A stretch of DNA of 32,000 bases from Candidatus Omnitrophota bacterium (GTDB lineage: Bacteria > Omnitrophota > Gorgyraeia > Zapsychrales > JANLHA01), in the NCBI GenBank assembly GCA_963662715.1, contig OY759724.1, positions 2,580,001 through 2,612,000 on the forward strand, in the 5' to 3' direction. The notes under the pieces were generated by a model, which saw nothing but the letters and a program-made list of their open reading frames with translations, searched no databases and was not told the DNA's origin. Numbering within the stretch: position 1 is the stretch's first letter; every line of letters begins with the position of its first letter. A program made the position numbers and the translations under genes. This document shows, piece by piece, positions 15,946 through 23,536 of the stretch.

Positions 15946-17679
15946 ATGAAAGCACCGAAATATGATTTTCTTCTTGAAACGGGACGTGTGTTGAATTCTT
16001 TGGAATCCAGTACGATTGTTTTGACGGGAAACGTGCACGATCATTTTTATGTCTCCAAGACAGATAATTACGTGCCGCTTGTTGATTTCATGAAAGAGAG
16101 TATGAGCTTAAGCACCAATGTCATTGTGACGTATAAAATTACCGGGAAGATCAAATTTCAGAATGAACGCGATTTGAAATCGTTTGCCGGCGCCTGGGAA
16201 TATTGGCGTTACGAAACAGAATTTGAAGACGATTTTATGACACTGTGCCAACGGACAGCCGGGAACGTGACTTATGCTTTGGAATTGTTGCGGCAGATGT
16301 GTCTGTGTTCCAATGCCGTAGATGCCAACGGGCTTCCGGTTTTTGAAAAGAAACTTTTGATTATCATCGAAGCCGTGGAAACGATTGTCCCTTCCGGCCC
16401 GGTAAGCCATTTAAACGATAGCGAACGCATGCGTCTGCAGATATGTCTGGACTGGTTTAAAGATCCGGCTTTCATGGAAACGAGCGATGCGGTCATCCTT
16501 ATTGCGGAATCAAAGGGCATGATCAATCCTGTGATCGCCCGGCTTCCTCACGTGATTGAAATAGGTGTGCCTTCGCCGGATACGGAGCAAAGGTTTCATT
16601 TTATCGAATGGTTTAATAAGAGACAGGACAGAAAACAAAAACTCAAACCGAGCCGGAAAAAGAAAAATTTGTCGCAGCTCACGACCGGTTTGAGTATCCT
16701 CGCTTTGAGGCGGCTTCTTAAAAGCACTGTTCATAAAGGCGGGATGATTCAGGAAGAGGCTGTCAACCGGGAGGTGAAGCGTTTCATTGAACGGGAATTG
16801 GGTGATATCGTGGAGTTTAAAGTCCCTGCGCATAAATTGACGGATGTCGTTGGGTGTCATGTCATAAAAAAATATGTTCAGGACAAAGTCATCCCCAGGT
16901 TCACGAGTACGGAGAAAGATTGCCTCCCGGGGGCCACGATTTGCGGACCGATCGGGAGCGGAAAAACATTCTTTTGGGAAGCTGTCGCGGCGGAATCGGG
17001 CATGATTGTTCTGGTCCTGCGGCAATTGAGAGACAAATGGTTTGGGGAAAGCGACGTGCGGCTTGAACGCTTGCGGCGGATTCTATACACCTTTGTCAAT
17101 GTGCTGGTGTTCATAGATGAGGCTGATACCCAGTTCTCCAATCTTGGCGAAGGGGAGATCCATGCCACAGAGAAACGGATTCAAGCCGGTCTTTTAACCA
17201 TGATGTCGGATCCCCAGCTTCGGGGAAAAGTGAAGTGGCTCCTTTTGACAGCCAGGATCGACAGGCTTTCGCATGATATGCTAAGACCCGGCCGCCCGGG
17301 AAGTCTGATTATCCCGATGCTGGATCCTCACGGGAAGGACCGGGAGTCTTTCGCCTGTTGGGCGGTCACTCCTGTTTTGGAGAAAAAACCGGATAAACAG
17401 ACCATGACGGAAATTTTAGATTTAACAAAAGGATATTTTGCCGCTATGTTTTCCGAGTTGCGGTCTGAATTGCTGGCCGAAGCCAAAGGAAAGACATTGA
17501 CCCTTCCTGCCGTTAAATCGATTATCCAGGATATCGTTCACCCGGCCATAGGAAAGACAAGAGAATATCAATCCTTGTGTGCAAAAATTTATTGTAACAG
17601 GCGCAGTCTTCTTCCTTCGAAGGAAACCCGGGAGGACTGGCAGAGCCGTCTGAAGGAATTGAAGTCATCCATGAAATAA
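15946..17679 (+). CDS. Classic-clade AAA+ ATPase with a degenerate N-terminal AAA-like half
   Basis: 577 aa. C-terminal half: Walker A GPIGSGKTF (nt ~16945-16968), LRDKWFGESDVRLERL (compare kyvGEse..vr), Walker B VLVFIDEAD (17101-17127), and an SRH-like block LLLTARIDRLSHDMLRPGRPGSLIIPMLDP. The N-terminal ~235 aa repeat the same strand/helix rhythm without a P-loop: IVLTGNVHDHF, LLIIIEAVE, VILIAESKGMINPVIARLPHVIEIGVPSPDTEQR. Confidence 0.85.
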   Translation: MKAPKYDFLLETGRVLNSLESSTIVLTGNVHDHFYVSKTDNYVPLVDFMKESMSLSTNVIVTYKITGKIKFQNERDLKSFAGAWEYWRYETEFEDDFMTLCQRTAGNVTYALELLRQMCLCSNAVDANGLPVFEKKLLIIIEAVETIVPSGPVSHLNDSERMRLQICLDWFKDPAFMETSDAVILIAESKGMINPVIARLPHVIEIGVPSPDTEQRFHFIEWFNKRQDRKQKLKPSRKKKNLSQLTTGLSILALRRLLKSTVHKGGMIQEEAVNREVKRFIERELGDIVEFKVPAHKLTDVVGCHVIKKYVQDKVIPRFTSTEKDCLPGATICGPIGSGKTFFWEAVAAESGMIVLVLRQLRDKWFGESDVRLERLRRILYTFVNVLVFIDEADTQFSNLGEGEIHATEKRIQAGLLTMMSDPQLRGKVKWLLLTARIDRLSHDMLRPGRPGSLIIPMLDPHGKDRESFACWAVTPVLEKKPDKQTMTEILDLTKGYFAAMFSELRSELLAEAKGKTLTLPAVKSIIQDIVHPAIGKTREYQSLCAKIYCNRRSLLPSKETREDWQSRLKELKSSMK

Positions 17680-17719
17680 GTGATACGATTTCTGATGTCA
17701 TAAAGACCTGGGATGCACA

Positions 17720-19144
17720 TTGCGTATATTGCTTGTAAATGTTGGCCGTCGGGCACAGTTTCCGCAATCCATATCTCCTCCTTTAGGAATTATGTGCTTG
17801 GCCGCGTATCTTCGCAGCAAATTTAAGGCCGAGATATGTCTGATTGATCAGCTGCTGGATAATTGTCTCAATCATCGTCTTGTCAAAAGGATTTCGGATT
17901 TCAGACCGGATGTCGTGGGCCTCAGCAGCATTATTCCGACCGCCCACAATCTCCCCGACCTTTCCCGGCAAATACGGACGGCATTGCCCCGCTCCCTGAT
18001 TGTGGTCGGTGGAGGATACGTTTCTTCTATCGGATCCCAGACCCTGCAGACAACCGCCGCTCATGTGGCTGTCCCCGGTGAGGGAGAACGGGCTTTTGAA
18101 GAAATCCTTCATGCCCGCCTTGATGGAGGGGGCCTTGCGCATATCCCCGGCATTCACTGGCGTGATCAGTATGATCATGTCGTGTCTAACCCCGGTGAGC
18201 GGTTATATATTGAAGACCTGGATTCTCTTCCCTTTCCGGCCTATGATTTGATTAACCTTCCGGGGTACTGGAAACATCAGTCATTTTCTTCCATCATCAA
18301 AAACAGATATCTTTCTCTTTACAGCAGCCGGGGCTGTCCCTATCAGTGCAGTTATTGTCACCGTATCTTTGGCCGCCGGTTCCGTTTTCATTCCGCCGCA
18401 AGAATTGTGGAGGAAATTAAATATTTTAAAAAGTTTTATCCTATTGATGACGTGGAATTTTTTGATGATATCTTCAACCTCAATCATCAAAGAATTTTTG
18501 AGTTCTGTGATCTGCTGCAGAAAGAGGGCCTGAGGCTTAAATTGTCTTTCCCCAACGGTGTGCGCAGCGATATCCTGACGGAGGAAGAACTGCGTGTCCT
18601 GATTGATGCCGGCTTGTATTTCTGCAGTTTTTCGCTGGAGTCCGGCTCCCCTCGGATCCAAAGATTGATCGGCAAAAACCTTGATATTCAGAAATTTTTA
18701 AAAATTGTCGAGAGCGCGGCAAGACAGGGTGTTTTCTGCAACGGTTATTCCATGCTCGGTTTTCCGACAGAAACGGAAGCGGAGATAAGACAGACGATTG
18801 ATGTCGCCTGTGGCTCCAGACTTCATACATGCTCTTTTTTTACCGTGACCCCGTTTCCTAATACAGATGTTTTTAACAACGTTATGCAGACAAATCCGGA
18901 AAAGCTTTCCGGAATCTGTTATGACGATATGGAATATTCCACGCTTCACTGCAATGTTTCTGATGTCCCGGATGAAACATTATTTTCACAGCAGCGCAAG
19001 GCCCACAGGAGGTTTTATTTGACGCCCAGCCGTATATGCCGCATACTCAGAGATTATCCTTCGCCGCGATCATTGCCTTTGATTCTGCCTGTTTTACTTT
19101 CGAGACTCACAAAAGGTCTCTTTCCCCGGAACCCTTCTGCTTAG
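17720..19144 (+). CDS. B12-binding-domain radical SAM protein (class B rSAM)
   Basis: TTG start; there is no in-frame ATG near the N-terminus. The N-terminal Rossmann-like block ILLVNVGRR...PPLGIMCLAAYLRS...DVVGLSSI is typical of the cobalamin-binding domain. Radical SAM cluster motif SSRGCPYQCSYCH (CxxxCxxC, nt 18335-18358). Confidence 0.88.
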   Translation: MRILLVNVGRRAQFPQSISPPLGIMCLAAYLRSKFKAEICLIDQLLDNCLNHRLVKRISDFRPDVVGLSSIIPTAHNLPDLSRQIRTALPRSLIVVGGGYVSSIGSQTLQTTAAHVAVPGEGERAFEEILHARLDGGGLAHIPGIHWRDQYDHVVSNPGERLYIEDLDSLPFPAYDLINLPGYWKHQSFSSIIKNRYLSLYSSRGCPYQCSYCHRIFGRRFRFHSAARIVEEIKYFKKFYPIDDVEFFDDIFNLNHQRIFEFCDLLQKEGLRLKLSFPNGVRSDILTEEELRVLIDAGLYFCSFSLESGSPRIQRLIGKNLDIQKFLKIVESAARQGVFCNGYSMLGFPTETEAEIRQTIDVACGSRLHTCSFFTVTPFPNTDVFNNVMQTNPEKLSGICYDDMEYSTLHCNVSDVPDETLFSQQRKAHRRFYLTPSRICRILRDYPSPRSLPLILPVLLSRLTKGLFPRNPSA

Positions 19145-19284
19145 CCGATCCTAAAAGGCGGGGGAGAAGGCAGACTTGGGAAGAAAGTGCTGCTTATTTA
19201 AGCGCAAAGAGTTTATAATACTTTACAATAGAAAACGTCGTTAAAACTTATGAATTTTATTGTCGACATAACCGGAATAAAAAC

Positions 19285-19581
19285 ATGACCTTCAACTGTC
19301 CTTATTGGAGAAACAGAAAATGTGCCGGAGTGCACGGGGATTATAAAAAGCCTTGTTCATTTGATAAGCCGGAATATTATCATTGCCCGGACTATCATGC
19401 CGTTAAAGCCAGACTTGACCGCCCCCGCAAGAAAGATACTCCTCCAAAACCAGAACCTCTTAGTGAAAAACAAACCGCCGCTGGGCCGAAACGGCGTCTT
19501 TCCCGGGAGGCTTTGGATGCCCTTTCAAAAAGATATTTCAGTCCCAAACCCAAAAAGAAATGGTGGGAATTCTGGAAATGA
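19285..19581 (+). CDS. Small Cys-rich, Lys/Pro-rich basic protein, unknown function
   Basis: 98 aa. N-terminal four Cys (C5, C13, C24, C34: NCPYWRNRKC...PCSFDKPEYYHCPDY) suggest a metal-binding knuckle. The C-terminal half is basic and ends KPKKKWWEFWK. The RBS is weak. A perfect TATAAT (19214-19219) lies upstream. A competing ORF in another frame (19322-19594) is less protein-like. Confidence 0.45.
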   Translation: MTFNCPYWRNRKCAGVHGDYKKPCSFDKPEYYHCPDYHAVKARLDRPRKKDTPPKPEPLSEKQTAAGPKRRLSREALDALSKRYFSPKPKKKWWEFWK

Positions 19582-20174
19582 ACGGGCGTTTTAATCTCTC
19601 CGGCCTTCGTCTGATCAATATTATGAACGAAGAGAAGATGGCCCCTCTGCTTTAAAACAGAGAGGCCGGATATGCACCTGATTGTTTTTAAAAAATAATT
19701 TTGTAACAAAATGGTGTGTTTTGCGTAAGATATAGTAGCACAGCAGTACTCAAGGATATCCCAGATAACGCTTGGCCCGGTGGCGCTGTCTCTCCCGGGA
19801 ATGGTTTTTTTCGTGAACGCTTATTATGGGATATGGAGTGAGACGGCTTTTATATTTTGCTGATAGATCCTGGGAGATTGTTGTCAGGATATTTGTCAAA
19901 ATTCTTTATTTTTGTTTCTAACCAGAAAACCCTTGATTCCCTGACGCTATCATGATTGAATATTTATACTATTAATATTCAGATTATAGGAATAATTCCT
20001 TGCATAATATCCTTATCCGAAAATGCATTCTGCCAGAATGCTGGTGGAAGATGACTTCCGTGGTAGAGTTTGAGAAATAAATGACATGATCCTGCCTTTT
20101 TTCAGAACATTGATTAACATAAAAATTTTTTTCAAAAATAAAAATACTCGCGAAGGACAGTCCTGCGTATTGAC

Positions 20175-20190
20175 TGACAAATATCTGTCA
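20175..20190. promoter_or_regulatory. Inverted repeat TGACA-N6-TGTCA about 100 nt upstream of the first giant gene
   Basis: TGACA at 20175-20179 and TGTCA at 20186-20190, read directly from the sequence. It overlaps a TTGACT hexamer (20170-20175). This is a candidate operator only; no cognate regulator is identified. Confidence 0.25.
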
Positions 20191-20286
20191 AACAGGTGGG
20201 GAGTTGTTTTTCTAAATAACAACTGAAGATAACTGCCGTCTTGGGCGTTTATATTTAAGGACATAACAACATTCTTGGAGGATGAT

Positions 20287-23200
20287 ATGAAAAAACGTAT
20301 TCTTGTTTCCTTGGCCCTTATCCTTTTTTCATGTGCAGTTTCCCCTGCAGAAGTATTGGCTGAAGGCCAGCAGACCTGTGCTGCACCTGCCATTCTGGCC
20401 GAACAGCAAATTTATGTCCCTTACGAAGATCTTAAAGAGGTCTTGGGGCAAAAGGAAAAGGGGATTTTCCTCCCGCATTCTGATTTCCTGAAGTTGTGGG
20501 AGAAAGCGACTAGGAAACCTCCGGAAAAGATTCTTCCTCCTCCGCCCGTTGAGGCAGCTATTATTCATGCAGAATATAAAGGAACCGTTTACGAGGATAT
20601 CGCGGAATTTCATGCCAAAATGAAGGTTTCAGCCCTTAAGAAAGAATGGGCGAACCTTTTCTTGAATATTCAGGATATTGCCATTACATCTTTATCCTTG
20701 AACGGGACGACGCCTCTTTTAAAACCGGTGGACGGGGGGTTGCTGCTTATTTTGCCGGAAAAAGGAGATTATGAACTTGAGCTTGATTTCTCGGCGCGTG
20801 TCAATACATCCCCCGGAGAAAAATATATCGATTTCCGGATCCCTTCTTCACCGCTGACAAAAATCGATATGACCATCCCGGGGAAGGATCTGGACGTGAA
20901 AGTCGAACCGATGCTTTCTCAAAAGAGTCAGGTCGTTGGCAATAATACGGAATTTTCCGCGTTCCTTTCCCCGGAAGGTATCGTCAATGTCAGATGGCTG
21001 GCTAAGTCGACAGAGAGCAAAGCTGATAAAAGTCTTATATTCGCAAAACTCTTCAGTGAGTTATATGTCAAAGAGTCCGTATACCTGCTTAATACGCAGA
21101 TTAGTCTTTCTGTCATGCAAGCCAAGGCGGATTCCTTTAAGGTAAGAATCCCCCGGGAACTAAGTTTGGTGCGGGTTGACGGTAAAAATATTAAAGATTG
21201 GGAGATGGCCGAAGATGGTGTTCTGAGCGTGAATCTGTATGAGGAGATTGAAGGGGATTATGTTTTCTCCGTGCTCACGGAGAAATACCGCGACTTAAAT
21301 GAAACATCGTTCGCTGTGCCGCAATTCGAAATCGTAGATGCGAAACGGGAAGACGGAGAAATTATTATCAAAGCAGATCCTTCTCTGCGGGTTAATGTCG
21401 AGAAAAAAGACCGGGTGACGCAAATCGATCCCAAAGAACTGCAGGGCCGGATAACCTTTGAAGAATTTGTGTCCGCTTTCAAATATTTCAGGCGTCCGTA
21501 TTTCGTGAACCTCAGTATTTCCAAGATTCAGCCTAAAATAAGGGCGGAACAGAATATTTTTATTTCCTTCTCCGAAACGATTATTGACTACCATACCAAT
21601 ATCCATTTTAAAATAAAAGACGCCGGTCTTTTTAAATTCCGGTTTCTCATCCCTGATCATTTCCGGATCGCGGAAGTCGGAACAGATGCCACGGTCGACA
21701 GTTTTGCGGTTTCCCGGGAGGAGGGGCAGGATATTTTGACTGTTGTATTGAAAAACAAAGCTTATGGGGATTTCTTGTTGCCGATTCATTTAGAGGCCGA
21801 TAAGGAAGACAAGGATGTCGATCTGGCCATGCCTAAACTGCAGTGCCTGGATGCCGAGAAGGAAGAGGGCGTCATCGCTCTTTCTCTGCGGAAAAATCTC
21901 AAGCTTTCCACGGAGGCCATTAAATTTCTGCGGCCGATAAGTTTGGAAGAACTGCAGATGCAGGGGATACGGGATGCCGATATTAAGAATGAGATTGCGG
22001 CGGGATACCGGTATTCCACGCCGGATTATTCCTGCCAGTTGAAGATTGACAAGCGAAAGACGAAGATCATTGCTAATGTCGAGAGGAATGTTGACATTGA
22101 GGAAGCCGTTATGAAGGTGAATGATGTCATTCATTATAATATCCTTTATGCTCCGGTCAGTTTGTTTAAAATTGAACTGCCTCTTGCCATAGCCAAAGAG
22201 GCTGTCATCAGCGGCCATAACATCAAAGAAAAGAGGTTTATAAAAGACGAACAGACCAAGAGGGGAATATGGGAAGTCGAACTGCATTCCCCGGTGCTGA
22301 ATCAATTCACACTTAACGTCAATTTGGAAAAGAAACTTCCGTCCATCAAGACCGGGGAAAAAAGAATAATTCATATCCCCGGCATCCGGGTGCTTGATGT
22401 TTTTAATGAATCAGGATACATCTCTGTGGCTAAGAGTCCCAATCTTCAAGTCGAAGCCCAAGAGAACAACCTTGAGCCTATAGATGCGAAGGAACTTCCT
22501 TCAACGATAAACCGCAGCCAGAGCATTTTAGCCTTCCGGTATCTCAGCCATCCGTATTCTCTGGCCCTGGAAACCACAAGACATGAATACGAGAAGGTGC
22601 TTGATGCGATCGTTAACCAGGCTCACTTCGATATTGTTGTTTCGAATGAAGGAATGGCGAAGACCGAAGGGGTTTTTAAAATTCAAAATACGAACAGGCA
22701 AAGCCTTGAATTGATGCTGCCCCCGGGGACCGACAAAATTTACTCTGTTTTTATCTCCGGGAAGAAAGCCAGCATTTCCCGGGGCAGTTCCGAAAGGAAC
22801 AAGATCATCATGCTGCCCAAAGACATAACGCCCGGGCAGGAGTTTACTTTAAGAATCATCTATCAGACAAAATTCAGGTCTGCTTTTGGATTTATCGGAA
22901 GCCTCCGGGCGGAGAACGCTGAAATCATGGATATCCCCATTTCAAAGATCACCTGGAGAATTTATCTTCCATCCGAATACAGCTACATTTATATGGCCGG
23001 ATCAGTGAATCCCGCCACTGCCGGCTATTATTCCTTTGATACTGTCAATCAGGGCCTCCGCTCACAGAGGGTCCATAGCCAAAGAAAGATAACCTTAGAT
23101 ACGGCCCAGATCCCTCAGCAGAATGATGAAAGTGCTCTATACGGCCTTGACATTGATATGGTGCGTGAAGGCCGGATGTTTTCTTTTTCGAAATTGGATA

Positions 23201-23535
23201 AAGAAGCTTTTCTCAATATCCTGTATATGAAGAAAAATGTCCTGTTGCCTTTAAGCCTCATGATTGTTGGGTTGACGGCATTTTTCTTGACAACTGTCAT
23301 GCGCAAAAAAGATATCAACAGAATGAAAGTGGGGATAATTTTCTTGGGCACGGTTATTGTTTTGCGTATATTCCTGCCGCAAGGCTTTAAATATTTCATT
23401 TCCCTCATTCTTGCGGGGACGGCCCTTACCGGAGGCGCGTTTCTTGTCTATTCTCATTATAAAGGAAAGACGTATTTCCGTAAGACGGGCAAGGATATGG
23501 AGACAGTCAAGAAAAGCGAGCAGGAAAAGAAATAA
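20287..23535 (+). CDS. Giant envelope protein, module copy 1 (1082 aa): signal peptide, large extracytoplasmic region, C-terminal 3-TM anchor; uncharacterised family
   Basis: GGAGG at 20277-20281, 5 nt before the ATG at 20287; the ORF-track TTG at 20275 is less likely. Signal peptide MKKRILVSLALILFSCAVSPAEVLA|EG. C-terminal helices: VLLPLSLMIVGLTAFFLTTVM, VGIIFLGTVIVLRIFL, YFISLILAGTALTGGAFLVYS, then a basic tail. Codon-level coherence holds over 3.2 kb. Confidence 0.85.
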   Translation: MKKRILVSLALILFSCAVSPAEVLAEGQQTCAAPAILAEQQIYVPYEDLKEVLGQKEKGIFLPHSDFLKLWEKATRKPPEKILPPPPVEAAIIHAEYKGTVYEDIAEFHAKMKVSALKKEWANLFLNIQDIAITSLSLNGTTPLLKPVDGGLLLILPEKGDYELELDFSARVNTSPGEKYIDFRIPSSPLTKIDMTIPGKDLDVKVEPMLSQKSQVVGNNTEFSAFLSPEGIVNVRWLAKSTESKADKSLIFAKLFSELYVKESVYLLNTQISLSVMQAKADSFKVRIPRELSLVRVDGKNIKDWEMAEDGVLSVNLYEEIEGDYVFSVLTEKYRDLNETSFAVPQFEIVDAKREDGEIIIKADPSLRVNVEKKDRVTQIDPKELQGRITFEEFVSAFKYFRRPYFVNLSISKIQPKIRAEQNIFISFSETIIDYHTNIHFKIKDAGLFKFRFLIPDHFRIAEVGTDATVDSFAVSREEGQDILTVVLKNKAYGDFLLPIHLEADKEDKDVDLAMPKLQCLDAEKEEGVIALSLRKNLKLSTEAIKFLRPISLEELQMQGIRDADIKNEIAAGYRYSTPDYSCQLKIDKRKTKIIANVERNVDIEEAVMKVNDVIHYNILYAPVSLFKIELPLAIAKEAVISGHNIKEKRFIKDEQTKRGIWEVELHSPVLNQFTLNVNLEKKLPSIKTGEKRIIHIPGIRVLDVFNESGYISVAKSPNLQVEAQENNLEPIDAKELPSTINRSQSILAFRYLSHPYSLALETTRHEYEKVLDAIVNQAHFDIVVSNEGMAKTEGVFKIQNTNRQSLELMLPPGTDKIYSVFISGKKASISRGSSERNKIIMLPKDITPGQEFTLRIIYQTKFRSAFGFIGSLRAENAEIMDIPISKITWRIYLPSEYSYIYMAGSVNPATAGYYSFDTVNQGLRSQRVHSQRKITLDTAQIPQQNDESALYGLDIDMVREGRMFSFSKLDKEAFLNILYMKKNVLLPLSLMIVGLTAFFLTTVMRKKDINRMKVGIIFLGTVIVLRIFLPQGFKYFISLILAGTALTGGAFLVYSHYKGKTYFRKTGKDMETVKKSEQEKK

Positions 23536-23536
23536 T

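Noticed and set aside
8891-17679. Reading the VWA protein plus AAA+ ATPase (and the giant TM-anchored proteins) as a Bat/MoxR aerotolerance-type operon.
   Set aside because: The ATPase has classic-clade features (GESDVR, LRPGR SRH, tandem architecture), not the compact MoxR/AAA_3 form. There is no DUF58 gene or TPR BatC-like gene. The VWA protein is secreted rather than TM-anchored like BatA/B.
19322-19594. An alternative-frame 90-aa ORF and an antisense 104-aa ORF (19395-19709) that overlap the small Cys-rich gene.
   Set aside because: The 19285 frame has the ordered four-Cys N-terminus and a coherent basic tail. The alternatives read as frame-shifted low-complexity sequence. Even the chosen frame gets only moderate confidence.
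20013-20393. A 126-aa minus-strand ORF occupying part of the 705-bp intergenic region and overlapping the start of the first giant gene.
   Set aside because: It overlaps the well-supported signal-peptide coding region on the opposite strand. It has no RBS and no recognisable features. The region is better explained as regulatory DNA.
23357-23536. The ORF track starts the giant ORF at 23357, overlapping the last 179 nt of the upstream giant gene (an extra 60 aa, MFCVYSCRKALN...).
   Set aside because: The extension is simply stop-free sequence in another frame of the upstream gene's TM/tail region. The signal peptide begins right after the ATG at 23537 or 23552. The ATG at 23537 follows the upstream TAA by 1 nt, which is classic coupling. 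The 60 extra residues are Arg/Ser-rich and would bury the signal peptide.
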